This document shows positions 12,374-26,005 of a DNA stretch of 64,000 bases, piece after piece (the first letter of the stretch is position 1; each line of letters starts with the position of its first letter). The position numbers and the translations under genes are program-made. The notes beneath the pieces are model-generated. The model was not told the origin of the DNA and did no database searches. It saw only the letters and a program-made list of their open reading frames with translations. This stretch comes from Malacoraja senta (taxonomy: Eukaryota), in the NCBI GenBank assembly GCA_038087875.1, contig CM075988.1, positions 17,052,001 to 17,116,000 of the forward strand. The letters are read 5' to 3'.

Positions 12374-12496
12374 CTTTTCTTCATATTCTTCTCTAATTCT
12401 GTCCATGGTTTCCTGATGCTCTTCTTTAATCTTCTCCAGTTTCATCTCATGGTCCTTTTCGACGTCATCACGTTTTTCTTTCAGCAAGTCACTTAA
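12374..12496 (-). CDS. CEP164: CEP164 exon, 123 nt, phase 0-0: LSDLLKEKRDDVEKDHEMKLEKIKEEHQETMDRIREEYEEK
   Basis: Acceptor ttatag|TTA, donor AAG|gtgaga; the best-conserved CEP164 segment in the window. Confidence 0.92.
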
Positions 12497-12910
12497 CTAT
12501 AATCACCATTGACAGAGGAAAGCAAATATCAGTTACCAACACATTTTTTTTTGAATGAATCAAAACGTAGAGATTTATAGCAGCTTGTTTGACAACATAT
12601 TTAGCAATAAAACTACTGCATTAAACAACACAATCCATACTGGTCTACGCAAGGAAATGAAATGAGCAACCCGCAGCATATTTAAAATCATCAGGTCCCA
12701 ATCATTAAAAATTGCATCTTCTTATGTGGAGACTGCACAACCGTCAACATAGCCCTTCATTTTGCTACAAGATTGCAGACCAGGCAGTAATCTTTGTTTT
12801 TGGTTGCCCAATTTTTTCACTGAAATTTGAGAAACACATTTTTTTTTTAAAATTGGAGTTATTCCGTATATTTGCATTTTGTTGCCTTCCTAGCTGATTA
12901 AGATAATATA

Positions 12911-14527
12911 CAGTGGCTTGCAAAAGTTTTCATACCCCTTGAACTTTTCCACATTTTGTCACGTTACAACCACAAACGTAAATGTATTTTATTGGGATTT
13001 TATGTGATAGACCAACACAAAGTGGTGCATAATTGTGAAGTGGAAGGAAAATGATACATGGTTTTCAAATTTTTTTACAAATAAAAAACTGAAAAGTGTC
13101 GCGTGCAAAAGTATTCAGCCCCCCTGAGTCAATACTTTGTAGAACCACCTTTCGCTGCAATTTCAGCTGCAAGTCATTTGGGGTATGTCTCTACCAGCTT
13201 TGCACATCTAGAGACTGAAATTTTTGCCCATTCTTCTTTGCAAAATAGCTCAAGCTCAGTCAGATTGGATGGAGAGCATCTGTGAACAGCAATTTTCAAG
13301 TCTTGCCAGAGATTCTCAATTGGATTTAGGTCTGGACTTTGACTGGGCCATTCTAACACATGAATATGCTTTGATCTAAACCATTCCATTGTAGCTCTGG
13401 CTGTATGTTTAGGGTCGTTGTCCTGCTGGAAGGTGAACCTCCGCCCCAGTCTCAAGTCTTTAGCAGACTCTAACAGGTTTTCTTCCAAGATTGCCCTGTA
13501 TTTGGCTCCATCCATCTTCCCATCAACTCTGACCAGCTTCCCTGTCCCTGCTGAAGAAAAGCATCCCCACAGCATGATGCTGCCACCACTATGTTTCACA
13601 GTGGGGATGGTGTGTTCAGGGTGATGTGCAGTGTTAGGTTTCCGCCACACATAGCGTTTTGCATTTAGGCCAAAAACTTCAATTTTGGTCTCATCTGATC
13701 AGAGCACCTTCCTCCACATGTTTGTTGTGTCCCCCACATGGCTTGTGGCAAACTGCAAACGGGACTTCTTATGGCTTTTTTTCAACAATGGCTTTCTTCT
13801 TGCCACTCTTCCATAAAGGCCCGATTTGTGGAGTGCACGACTAATAGTTGTCCTGTGGACAGATTCTCCCACCTGAGCTGTGGATCTCTGCAGCTCCTCC
13901 AGAGTTACCATGGGCTTCTTGGCTGCTTCTCTGATCAATGCTCTCCTTGCCCGGCCTGTCAGTTTAGGTGGACGGCCATGTCTTGGTAGGTTTGCAGTTG
14001 TGCCATACTCTTTCCATTTTCGGATGATGGATTGAACAGTGCTCCGTGAGATGTTCAAAGCTTGGGATATTTGTTTATAACCTAACTCTGCTTTAAACTT
14101 CTCCACAACTTTATCCCTGACCTGTCTGGTGTGTTCCTTGGGCTTCATGATGCTGTTTGTTCACTAATGTTCTCTAACAAACCTCTGAGACCTTCACAGA
14201 ACAGCTGTATTTATACTGAGATTAGATTACACACAAGTGGACTCTATTTACTAATTAGGTGACTTCTGAAGGCAATTGGTTGCACTGGATTTTATTTAGG
14301 GGTATCAGAGTAAAGGGGGCTGAATACTTTTGCACGCAACACTTTTCAGTTTTTTATTTGTAAAAAAATTTGAAAACCATGTATCATTTTCCTTCCACTT
14401 CACAATTATGCGCCACTTTGTGTTGGTCTATCACATAAAATCCCAATAAAATACATTTATGTTTGTGGTTGTAACGTGACAAAATGTGGAAAAGTTCAAG
14501 GGGTATGAATACTTGTGCAAGCCACTG
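12911..14527 (-). mobile_element. Tc1 DD34E transposon, Passport/Eagle/Glan-like, inactive
   Basis: TA-flanked; IR/DR TIRs of about 210 bp starting CAGTGGCTTGCA; transposase broken by TGA at 13699-701 and 13174-76. Confidence 0.95.
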
Positions 14528-16053
14528 TAACTGCACAAATCTTGGAAATATTGATCTGGATATTTGAAAAGCAGAAGGAAGTAAATGTGAATTATTTCGG
14601 CATGTTTTTTAATTTTCATTGCTTCTTGGAATGCTGAAGAACAGAGGAGAGCAATTGTTCCCAGTGCATGTATTAGCTTTTTCAAAGAACCATGCAAATT
14701 AGTCCAACATGTCTGTTTTCCCCTCATTTGCAACAAACACAGTTGGACTACTCTGTCCAGTAACGGATGGTGAATATATTGCTGTAGTTTGCATTTTGGG
14801 AGGTGGTAACAACAGAACAACAACAGAATCTTACAACTGATACAATGTGCCCTCAGGTTCCGGAAGATAAGCTCACTTCAGGGAAATATTTGATGTATTA
14901 CACCAAAATATTATTGTACCAGTATTGTATTGGAACAGTAATGAAGGTGCTCCAGACAGTGGGCATGAGGACAATGTTGGAAAATGGTTATGATAGGAAG
15001 CTTGCCTGATTGAAGCAGATACATTTCATATGACCTGTCTTACTAGCAAAAGCTGTTGGGCAAAGCTGTTCTCCTTGGAAAACCAAGGTTTAGTAGGCCT
15101 GGCACTTGCTCTGTTCCAGAACCCAGCTTCTTAAAAGGATTACGATAGAACTTTATTTATCCCAGGAGGGAAATGATTTTGCCAACATTAACTTGTTTGA
15201 GCACATCATTATGATGTAGCATCAGTTCTCCTTCTCCTTCAAGAATGCAGTTTCAGACACAATGGAAAGTGGGTGCCATGCAGACTAATAGCTACCAGAT
15301 TTTGGGTTAAACCTGCACAATGGTTCAAAATTGCTAGAGTTTTAAAAGAGACCATTGGTGTGGGTGGGGACGATCGTGATTGATAGTCTCATAAAGAAAG
15401 CTTTCATTTACCCCAGGTTTCTCCTGCCCTTGCACAACCAACAGAAATAGAGGATAGTTTGGGATGTTATTATTTAATCTCCTGATGGAAGTAGGACATG
15501 GAGAGCTGAAGGCACTTATTGTTACCAGAGCTCTGTGATGTACCATTCAATCCCCCTCTTGAACATGTAGTTTAGGTCAACGTCTTGAGTCTCACTAATA
15601 AAAGAAAATTCAATTTCACCTTGCCATTTGCTATTTTAGTGTACAGCACAGTATAAAAATAGGGTTGGGTACTATTACTATGGTGTATCACATATAGATT
15701 CGCCAGCTTGAGAGACTGGCCTGTAGAAAGCCTAATTGGTCTGCAAAAGCTAACCGCAGGGAGATGACCCAATTCTTATTAATTAATGTTTAAAACCCAG
15801 CATTGATGGGATGGATGTGCAATTGCACGGCACACATTAGATATCATTACAGAGTCTGTAGTTATTAATTTAAACATCACATAAAACATCATATCGTTCA
15901 ATAGTAACCAATCAATCACTAAGTGATGTACTCAAACGGAAATTGTTTATTGGAAAGTAGAACTTTGAAAGATATTTTTCTTCATTTTGAAAATCTGTTC
16001 TGACATTGCCATCCACCCCTAGATAAGAACAAGGAGAGTATGTAGTTGCTCAC

Positions 16054-16173
16054 CTCTTTCTCATAGTCTGCGACTTGTTGCATTTTTCTCTGTACTTTAT
16101 AGAGCTCTTCCTGCACCTGAGCTTTCTCTTGACTCTGGGCATCAGTGATCTGTTTCTGGAGACTGAAAATTGC
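16054..16173 (-). CDS. CEP164: CEP164 exon, 120 nt, phase 0-0: AIFSLQKQITDAQSQEKAQVQEELYKVQRKMQQVADYEKE
   Basis: Acceptor ttctcccaag|GCA, donor GAG|gtgagc. Confidence 0.9.
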
Positions 16174-16239
16174 CTTGGGAGAAGAATAGAAGATAAATTG
16201 TTCTGAGAGCTCTCTTACAAAATGACTTGTTGATAACTC

Positions 16240-16457
16240 TCAACCACCCTGCCTGATGTCATCTGTTGCCGGCTCTGATTTATCTTGGTCTTTCCTTGCT
16301 TCCAGTTTCTCCTCCCTACAATCAATCTGAAGAATGGTCCCAACCCGAAACATCACCTATCCATGTTCTCCAGAGATGCTGCCTGACCCCGCTAAGTTAC
16401 TCCAGTATTTTGTGTCCATCTTTGGTATAAAACAGCACCTGCAGTTCATGTTTATTA
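16240..16457 (+). mobile_element. Penelope-derived 3' repeat
   Basis: CTGAAGAA...CCCGAAAC...GAGATGCTGCCTGACC...TTACTCCAG motif. Confidence 0.65.
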
Positions 16458-16978
16458 CATATTAGCTTTGCATCAAATATTTTTCACACGGCTCTGGATC
16501 TTTTTTTTTTTTTGGTAAGTCAATATTCAACAATTAATAATGGTTACCAAAACAGGGAAACTCTTTTGGGGAAGTGAATCTACTAAACAGTATCAGCAAG
16601 CGGAATTAACAAAGAAGATAAAGCAGAAGCACCCTTGTTGTTCCAACAGTGTTTGGTAATTTAGCTTCCTTGTATCGTGACGGGTAGAGATTTTATAAGG
16701 CAATTTCCCTGAACGCATCAGCACTCACTGCTGTAGCAAATATAATGCACAAAGCCAGTCAGAAAGGACAACAATCCTATTTTTTTTTAATGAACATGCT
16801 CCTTCACATTTTGCAACATAAAAGCTATTCAATGAAAATCCTACACTTGGTATTACACTGTATATACACAGCAACAGCTTATTCAGACATTGATGGTAAT
16901 TGCAATCTGTGCAAGTCTTCTTTAACTCTAACAACATCTGATGTCCTTGTATTCCCTTCTCCCTCTTAAATGCAGCAA

Positions 16979-17075
16979 GCCTGAAGAAGGGTCCCAACCC
17001 GAAACGTCACTCATCCTTTTTCTCCAGACATGCTGCCTGACCCGCTGAGTTACTCCAGCACTGTGTGTCGATCTT
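16979..17075 (+). mobile_element. Short Penelope-derived repeat with hammerhead-like core
   Basis: CTGAAGAAGGGTCCCAACCCGAAACGTCAC. Confidence 0.7.
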
Positions 17076-18610
17076 CAAGCGTTCCTTTAGTGTGGTTGAG
17101 CCAACTGTTCCATGTAGAATGTTTCAAATTCTGAATAATGAGTAAGTTCCTCCTTAATATTTATCTGCTAAATGTATGTTGAATTTACTCCCTCTAAATT
17201 AGGATACTCTAAAAGATAGACACAAAATGTTGGAGTAACTCAGTGGGACAGGCAGCATCTCTGGAAACACATCACCGGAAAGGACAAACGTATCCCTTTT
17301 TGGTCCATTGAGAAATGGAACACTGTTAGATTACATTGTACTGAATTTCAATGTATTAATCCACCTATGTTAAAAGCCTGGCATCTTATATTTTGGTGCA
17401 GTCCTCTACATTGTTAAGAATACTGTAAATTCCAACATTCAATATTTCCAATTTAAGATTTCAGTTAATTTATGTACATACTTTAAAATACAAATGTATT
17501 TCATGACTGCATGGTCTATCATGCACAGCACAGCCAATGAACGACCTTAATAGAGTAGAGCTTAATAGTGCTATAAAGTAGAGAATTCAGCATCCAATTC
17601 AAAAGAAGAGCGGATCTACAAAGAGCAAAGTGCTATGACAAGATTATTTACCTTCAACCAGCACGAATAAAGATCCATCACCAGAACACCAAAAATAACT
17701 CCTGCACTACCATTTAAGCAAACACCGTTGATCTTATAAATCAACTCAAAATGGTGGCTATGGTCTTGAAAGTTGGTAGCTTTGATTGTGCAGCGATCCC
17801 TCAGTTCTGCACTGTCACCGTACATTTTGCATTACATATTAAAGCGCACAATCCAAGGGGAGATGAAAGCTATCAAATAACTTACACATGATAAAAATAA
17901 TGCATTTACAATCATTAATTATTTAGAAATAAGTACAGGTGTCAAGATGACACATGAAGGGTAGATCAATGCACAACACCAGTGGCATTTATGGTTATAT
18001 CCCTGACTTAAAACCATGCCATTCTGAGTACAGGTTGAACAGAAAGGCTGAACTCTATGGAAAATGGAGTAAGATCGATGGTCAAAGTGGGATATTCCAT
18101 CACTCTAACATACTTCACCCATCCACATGAAGTACAGGGTCAGAATTGATTGGCTGCATTCTTGGCTTGGACTGGAGTGCAACGTGGGAAGAAAAAAGAA
18201 AGGTCAAGAAACAAAAAAACAAAAAAATGCTGGGCTCAGAGAATCTCAGCAAAATAAAAGAAACATACTGACAAGTGCAGAAGTGCTGAAGAAATAAATG
18301 ATCTTGTAAAGTTTTCTGATGTATACTGAGCATTAACAGCTCATGCACTCATTATTTTTGATGCACAATAGGATGCTTTCCATCCAATCACCCTGGGATT
18401 CACTTCTTAGGCCATTATAAGTACCGAAGAACTTGCATTAGGATGAAATAATGATTCATGTGGATAAATTCCTCTTTGCTGGTGTAAAGTAGATTTACCG
18501 ATTCAATTAACCTCCCGTCATCTATAGTAAAAAAAATGCGAATTGGATTCTTTAATGAAAATACTTCTTTTTCTGAACTTTTAACAATTCATATTTTTCT
18601 ATGAACTCAC

Positions 18611-18688
18611 TTCTTGATGCTTTTCTTCAGCTGTCATTCTCAACCCCTGAAGGTCAACCGAGTGTTTGTTCTGGAGTTTTTCCAGTTC
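18611..18688 (-). CDS. CEP164: CEP164 exon, 78 nt, phase 0-0: ELEKLQNKHSVDLQGLRMTAEEKHQE
   Basis: Acceptor ctcatgcag|GAA, donor GAA|gtgagt. Confidence 0.9.
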
Positions 18689-19203
18689 CTGCATGAGAAA
18701 TGACGTTACATGAAAAAAAGAAAATTCCTTCTTATTCACACCACAAGTGTATTCCTTAAGTCATGAAAAATTGGCCTGAGCTCAGGTTGGAACCTTACAT
18801 TCCAATTTTATCACTGTCCTTTTTGATAACTATTAAATCGAACAGAATTACGATCACAGCCACAAAAGAATTGTCCAACTAATATTCCTGTTATACCACC
18901 TCTTGTTGGACATCCTCCATAATAGGATCTCCGGGATGCAATTTTGACCGTCTTTATTATTTTTACTGACTGTATTCCAGTTCAAATTGGGATACTGAAA
19001 TATCACAATATCACTATCGCCGCGCTTCTGCACTTATCATAAATTTGTCCACAAATCTATCTCCCTCAAACTTCCCAACAAAGTCATTGTCATTTTGTTC
19101 TTTAAATCAAGCCATATTGCAATTTGATGTTCTAACATAACCATCACTTTCCATGGCTGCAATGTTTCTTTAATCGATAATGCCACTTTTTCTTCTTCTA
19201 CTC

Positions 19204-19227
19204 CTCTCTCTCTCTCTCTCTCTCTCT
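19204..19227. repeat. (CT)n microsatellite
   Basis: About 12 CT units read directly. Confidence 0.9.
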
Positions 19228-19838
19228 ACCCCATCTGAAAATCCTGAAACCAATAATATTAAGATGCTATTACTAATCCTATTTGTCAATGCTTTCAATA
19301 ATTAAAATATTAGTTATGCATACGCCTGTGCTCCCAACTCATGTTATGCCTCAAAATGCAAGGAGCAGAATTTGCAATTTGACGCATAACATTAGGCACA
19401 GCTAGACACCTTGTCTATTTCCTAAACTTTGTTTTCTAAACCTTCCAAACTTTCACTAACTTTTTACCTTTTATTTTTACTTCTGCTTTTCTCCCTTCAG
19501 AATCTATGCTCATATTCCCATCCCCATCTAGTTTAAACAGAACAAATACATTTGCCCATGATAATATTGGTCTTGGCTCAGTTGTGGTGCAATCCATCTT
19601 CTCTGACCTTCACAAGAACAAGCCCAATGCCCCAGGTATCAGCCATCGTTCCTGGACCATCTCTCCAGACGGACAGTCATCTGCACTATCTTCCTATTTC
19701 TACTTTCTGGTGCATAGCAACTGGAAATAATCCAAGATTAATACCTTTGAAGTTTTGCTTAATCTCTTTCCTTAGATTTTAAAATCTACCTATATGGCCG
19801 TTTTTTCAATTTTTCTACCTATTCATGAGTACTGAGAA

Positions 19839-20136
19839 GGGCGGCACAGCGGCGCAGCAGCAGAGTTGCTGGTTTACAGCACAAAGACCTGGGTTTGATC
19901 CTGACTACAGGTGCTGGCTGTATGGAGTTTGTACGTTCTCCCTGTGACTGCGTGGGCTTTCTCCGGGTGCTCCGTTTTCCTCCCACACTCCATTGGTGTG
20001 CAGGTTTGTAGGTTAAGTGGCTTCTCTAAATTGTCTCTAGTGTGTAGAATAGAATTAGTGCACGGGAGATTGCTGGTCGGCGTAGACTCGGTGGGCAAAA
20101 GGGCCTCTTTTCATGCTGTATCTCTAAACTAAACTA
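19839..20136 (+). mobile_element. Full-length V-SINE (HE1-like)
   Basis: GGGCGGCACAG tRNA-like head; V-domain TGGAGTTTGTACGTTCTCCC...CTCCCACA; (CTAAA)n tail. Confidence 0.8.
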
Positions 20137-21387
20137 CTTTGGTTTGCACCAACATGGTTTGGTTTTATGTAGAATAACCCATCATTTATTTTATATTTAT
20201 TTAATGTTGTTATGTTAATGTGCATGTACAGTTGCAGCAAGTAAAAATGACTACGATGGAGAAGGCGGAGGAGAGATTTAATTGAGGCAAATAATATTAC
20301 AACGTGCCTAGATTGAATGACTAGCAAGGAACTAGGTCCTTTGGCAAAGGGGTATAAATCTGCTGCCTGAATGGGTAGCAGAGGCTGAAACCATCAATGC
20401 AATTACCCCATACTTCGACGTGCTTGAAGAACCATGACCTGAAAGGCTATGGAACAACCGATGGAAGGTGGGATTAGGGTGGTCAACTCTTTCTCGGCCA
20501 GCACTTTCAAGATGAGCCGAATGCTCTGCCTCTGTGTAGATTTTGTATGATTCTGACATACAGTGATTGTACCCATACAATTACTGTGACCAAGCTAACG
20601 ACTACCTCCAAGACCATCTGATATGACATTTAGCTGTGATGGATTACTGCAAAATTGTATGGTAGTAATCTAGAACAGATACCCGGACAAGCTTTGGATA
20701 TTGATGAACTCAAAAATGTTCAATTTTAACCTTGAAATTCCATGACAATGTACTTAAATATGTTATCAGGAATTATAGGCTGAGATTTTCCAGTTATTTT
20801 TATTTCCATCTTTCACCTTATTTAACAGAGGGAAATAGCAACAAGCAGTTAAACAGCTGTTCGGGATGTCATTCCCTTAATGTTTCCTTGAAGATATTAC
20901 AAATTAAACCAAGATCTCATTTCAGTCCAGTATAGTCCTAATAAATGGTGTTATCCTAATGAAGAAAGACAAAGACATCACAGACTCAAAATAAAGGGAT
21001 AAAAAGTGAACAAAGTAGTAGGGGCTTTTGGATATAGTATCAATCTTTTACTGTATTTTTCAGCAAAGAACTACTTTCAAACACATTTCACACTCTCAAA
21101 GCAACTGGGTCCCTCAACTTGGGGGTTCAAGTAAAATAATCATGTGATTTCTATGCTAACATTATTATACTGCAACAAATTTAACAGTAACACTGCATGC
21201 AATGTTGGAAGTTACTTTCAATCTGTTTGCTGAATTTAACGTTCAAGTAAATAACAGCATCTTTTCTTTTCATAATGGTCTATTTGGCTTCTTGGATGGC
21301 AGAGGAACATAAGATGTAAAATGCAAAGGCATTCAGCACTCGGTAATATCCAATTCCTTTTTTTGTGGAGAAGAAAACCTATTTTCG

Positions 21388-21655
21388 AGTTTAGTTTAGA
21401 GATACAGCACCGAAACAGGCCCTTTGGCCCATTGAGTCAGCGATCACCTCGTACACTAGTTCTATCCTACACACTAAGGACAATTTACAATTTTACCGAA
21501 GCCAATTAACCTACAAACCTATATATCTTTGTAGTGCGGGAGAAAACCAGAGCATCTGGGAAAAAAAAGTCACAGGGAGAGCGTACAAACTCTATACAGA
21601 CAGCACCAGAGGTCAGGATTGAACCTAGGCCTGCCACTGCGCCAAAGTGCCACCC
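21388..21655 (-). mobile_element. V-SINE (HE1-like), internally deleted
   Basis: Reverse complement of the same SINE motifs. Confidence 0.7.
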
Positions 21656-21696
21656 CAAAACTTCAGTATTACCAATTGCTAAAAGCAGAAACGTAC

Positions 21697-21913
21697 CTCT
21701 TCTGTTTCTTTTTTAAACTTTTTTCTTAACTCACGAATAGCCTCCACTTTTTTCTCTTCCAGCAGGATCTTCTCTTTGCTTAGGGTTTCATCCATCTCTT
21801 TCCTCATTTGCTCGACAAGAGCATGCTTTTCAGCTTCTGAATTTCGCTGCTCAGATGTCAATAATGATTTCACTTCTGTTCTAAGCTGCAGCAACTTTTC
21901 TTCCTCCTCTCCC
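21697..21913 (-). CDS. CEP164: CEP164 exon, 217 nt, phase 2-0: GEEEEKLLQLRTEV...KKFKKETEE
   Basis: Inside ORF 21679..21933; acceptor cattccag|G, donor GAG|gtacgt. Confidence 0.9.
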
Positions 21914-23069
21914 CTGGAATGCAATAAAAACAAAATTGCCTGACATTATAAAATATATATAACTGACAGAATATTACCAAGAATACCATCAAACAGCTGT
22001 TATATTGCCTTTTTGATCAACAACTCTTTGGGAGAGTTATTATTTTAGCTTTCCTTAAACTAAATAAAAACCTTCTTGAGCAAAGGAAACAATTACTGAA
22101 ATATAATTTCACTTCTATGTCGCATTAGTCAACAAAAGATAATGCCTTTAGTAATTAGGTCCAACATGATTTTGCTATTTTATGCACCTCATAAATTTGA
22201 CTTAATAGCAAGAATATTAAATATCCAATTTCAAATATAATGCAATGTTCACTAATTTTTGAGAGGATTAGCTATTAAATTAACAAATTAATTTTATCAG
22301 ATCATAGGAGCTTACTTCTGAAGTGGCCAAAATGTTTTTTTTCCCCTTTTAGTCATTAACAATGTTACATTCACAATCGCCCATCGCCGATAAAGTGACA
22401 TTATTAACCAAGGGCAGTAATAAGACTGAAAGCACACCTAATGGGCTCTTATGGATTAACACCATTGCAGGATGTTAAGCACAATTCAACCTCCTGCATA
22501 TTTTATTAGTTAAAGAAAAGCAACAGCTACATTATTTTTTCCAAGCTATTCTTTCATGTTACACACAGCCATTTCCTTGTTCGCCTGATTGATGTCAATC
22601 CCTTAAAACATGTATCTGCTGCAAGTAAGAATTTCATTGTTCCATTGTCAGTACATTTGACAATTAAACACTGCACTCTTGACTTTACGTGAAACAGACT
22701 ATCAAAGATTTTTCTCTCTCCATTTTACAAGGTACTAAATTCAACAGAGTATTCTGGGAGCTCAGAATAAGACAGCTCAATGAGTCTTACAAGCACAGCA
22801 CCCTTTAGCAATTTTCCATATGACAAGAAGAATGTGTGCAATTGCAGAAAATTGGGACAAAAATTGGACGTTGGCAATCAACTGCTCTGTGGTGGTTTAT
22901 GTCTGTGTCATTTATAAAGGGAACAGGTGTAAATTCAAAGCCTCCTCAGTTCTACACCTATTTCTTAAAAAATTACTGACCCATTACATAATGACTGAGA
23001 TATAAATAAATGATCAGGGGTAGAAGCAATGAACCTTTTATCCTGTTCATCTACTCTGATGACACTTAC

Positions 23070-23201
23070 CTTATTTCTTTCTCTGTTCTCTCAATTTCAT
23101 TTTTAACCTGGTCTCGGAGTTTAAGCAACACACTGCTCTGCTCTTCTTTCAGTCGTTTCTCCTCTTCCTCTCGTTCAACCCTGAGTTTTTCTTTTAGTAA
23201 C
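23070..23201 (-). CDS. CEP164: CEP164 exon, 132 nt, phase 2-2: LLKEKLRVEREEEEKRLKEEQSSVLLKLRDQVKNEIERTEKEI
   Basis: Acceptor cacgaag|G, donor AAG|gtaagt; coiled-coil composition. Confidence 0.9.
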
Positions 23202-24602
23202 CTTCGTGATTGAAAATATAAAACTGTTAAGCTTATTCCATTTCATTGTCAAATAACTTGGCTGCGTCCATTGGCCGGAGTCGTCTCATTGAACTATTTC
23301 CACAGTCAAATTCTCAAGGTAACTCCATACCCCTGACAACAATTAGGCTGCATAGAATGGCAATAGTCATTTAGACACATTATAAACAACTATAGTTTAA
23401 GGTTGAATCAGGAAGCCTCAGGGTTAAAGATTTGGGGCGAGTTACAAGGTCCATAACTCTAAAAGTTACTTATTTGACCCAGTGAATAACATTATATCAG
23501 GGCTCTCGCTTAACTTTTTTTCTCTGTTGCCAGCCGGGCAACCTTGGCAGCTTTTTAGGTTGCCAAATGACAGTTTAGGTGGTCATTTAAGATGGCTTGC
23601 ATGACGCGAGCGATAATGTGCTCGGATGAAGTGCGTAGTTACCAGTCGGAATTATACTCAATGAAGCATTCACATATTATTTCTGCTTTAAATAAAGTCA
23701 CAAACTAAACATATTCACCAATCAAGACATGATATATCCCACAATGACATGCAGCAACATTATATGACAGTATCTCAACTCTTTTTACACATTGCAATTA
23801 ATGCAATTTCTATTAGTTCTTTCCACTTCCAAACAAAAATGTGGTTGGATTATTCAGCGTATGATCAACCTGTGTCAATAAATCCTGGACCATGGTAACA
23901 TATATGCGTACGTATAGTTATGAATGTTGCTCATTAAATAACTACAGTACTGATACTCCATATTAAGAGCATTGATTTGTCGTTAAAATGAATTCTGTAA
24001 TAACGTGTCAATGGTAGCAGTGACAATCGAACACTGCGGTTTTAATGTTTCACGTGTTCACAATTTAATTAATCCATCTTTATGGATTAAAACAAATAAT
24101 AACATTGGGAATTAAAACACATTTGATTGCATTCTAGTCAATGTTCGCTCTGAAGACATTTCTAGCACAATAGGGTCAGAGAGGGGGGTGTGTGTGAATC
24201 AGTGCGGGGTGGATAGATGGCGGGGGTGGGGGGTTAGAAGGCAGTCGGTGCAGAATGGATGGATTGAGGAAGGTGAATTAGTATGTGTTGGTTGGAGTAG
24301 GTAAAATTGTGAGGGGAGAGCACGGGGGATGTCAGTGGTGTTGAATGGGGGGGTTCAGTATGGGATGGATGGGGGTAGACAAAAGTGCTGGAGAAACTCA
24401 GCGGGTGAGGCAGCATCTATGGAGTGAAGGAAATAGGCAACGTTTCGGGTCGAGACCATTCTTCATACTGTTCCCCCCATTCTTCTTGAATGGGAGGATC
24501 AGTACAGGATGGATGGGGGGGGTAGATCAGCGCAGGATGATTGGGGGGGGGGGGCGGGTCAGTACAGTGTGGATCGGAGGGTCTGTGCAGGATGACCCTG
24601 TA

Positions 24603-24867
24603 CAGAACTGCTGTAGATTTGGGAGTAACAGCAGCAGGAGATTAGCAAGAGATACGACTGATTGGCTCTAGCCCGAGTGGGAGGAGAGAAGTGAGTCAGA
24701 GGGGGGAAAACAGTTGAAAAGTAGAAGCCAAGCACAGGCAGACTTTACTCAGAACTGCTGTAGATCTGGGAGCAACAGCAGCAGGAGATTAGCAAGAGAT
24801 ACGACTGATTGGCTCTAGTCCGAGTGGGAGGAGAGAAGTGAGTCAGTGCCGGGAAAACAGTTGAAAA
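24603..24867 (+). repeat. Two copies of a unit of about 118 bp (period 147) in the CR1 5' UTR
   Basis: 24603-24720 versus 24750-24867; each contains ATTGG and TGAGTCA. Confidence 0.85.
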
Positions 24868-25077
24868 CTGAGGAATTTGGTTTGTAAATTGGTAAATCAG
24901 GCAATTTATCCGTCAATTTAAGCAAGACGGCTCTTAGCGAGCGGCAGTGAGTGAGAGGCCTTGTGAGGGAAGTGCCCTGTGAGTAAAGTATGAGTCTTTG
25001 GCTCGAGAGTCTTCGGCGAGGAGGCTGAGGAGAGGAGACCACGCAATACGCTTGAGAGGTAGAGACGAAAGAAGGAG

Positions 25078-26005
25078 ATGTCAGGCAAGCTGATTCAGTG
25101 CGATGCTTGCAGTATGTGGGAGGTCAAGGACACCGCTGGTGCCTCTGGTTGCTACAAATGCGAGAAGTGCATCCAGGTAAAGCTCCTGAAGGGCCGTGTT
25201 GGGGAACTGGAGAAGCATGTGGATGACCTCCGGTTCGTCCGAGCAACGGAGTCGTTCCTCGACAAGTCCTACAGTACGATTGTTACACCTAAGGTACTGG
25301 AAGAGAGGAGGTGGGAGACGGTGAGAAAGGGAGGGAAGCATGGAATGCCAACGTCCCCGGGTGTTGTACCTCTTGTGAACAGGTTCACCCGCTTAGAAGC
25401 TGTTGGGACAGAAGACGTGTTTACACTGAGCGGCGGACTGGCTTGCGATGCGAATAGGGCTGTTGAGCCAAAACCAAAAAGGCCTAAGGCAGGCAACGCC
25501 ATTGTAGTGGGAGACTCCATTGTGAGAGGTACGGACAGGGGTTTCTGCTGCAACAGACGGGATGCGAGGATGGTGTGCTGCCTTCCTGGTGCCAGGATCC
25601 AGGATGTCACGGACAGAGTGCAGAAAATCCTTAAGGGCGAAGGTGAACATCCGGAAGTGGTAGTGCATGTCGGCACAAACGATGTCGGAAAGAAGGGGAT
25701 GAATATTCTGCAGCGTGACTTTAGAGAGCTCGGAAAAATGCTGAAAAGCAGAACCTCCAGGGATTGTTATCTCCGGTTTGCTTCCAGTTCCTCGTGCTGG
25801 CGAGAGCAGGAACAGGGAGATACGGGACCTGAACGTGTGGCTGAAGAACTGGTGCACGGGGCAGGGATTTCGATTCTTAGATCACCGGGATCTGTTTTGG
25901 GGTAAGGGGGAACTGAACAAAAGGGACGGATTGCATCTTAACAGGTGTGGGACCAGCATTCTGGCAGGCAGGTTTGCCACTGCTACACGGGTGGTTTTAA
26001 ACTGA
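25078..26005 (+). pseudogene. CR1 ORF1: zinc finger, coiled coil and SGNH esterase, with one frameshift near 25760
   Basis: CxxC...CxxC, GDSIVRG, CLPGA and VHVGTND in ORF 25078; LLPVP...DGLHL continues in the frame of ORF 25778..26005. Confidence 0.88.

Noticed and set aside
13103..13989. Plus-strand ORFs over the Tc1, also at 26470-27356
   Set aside because: Antisense shadows of the transposase.
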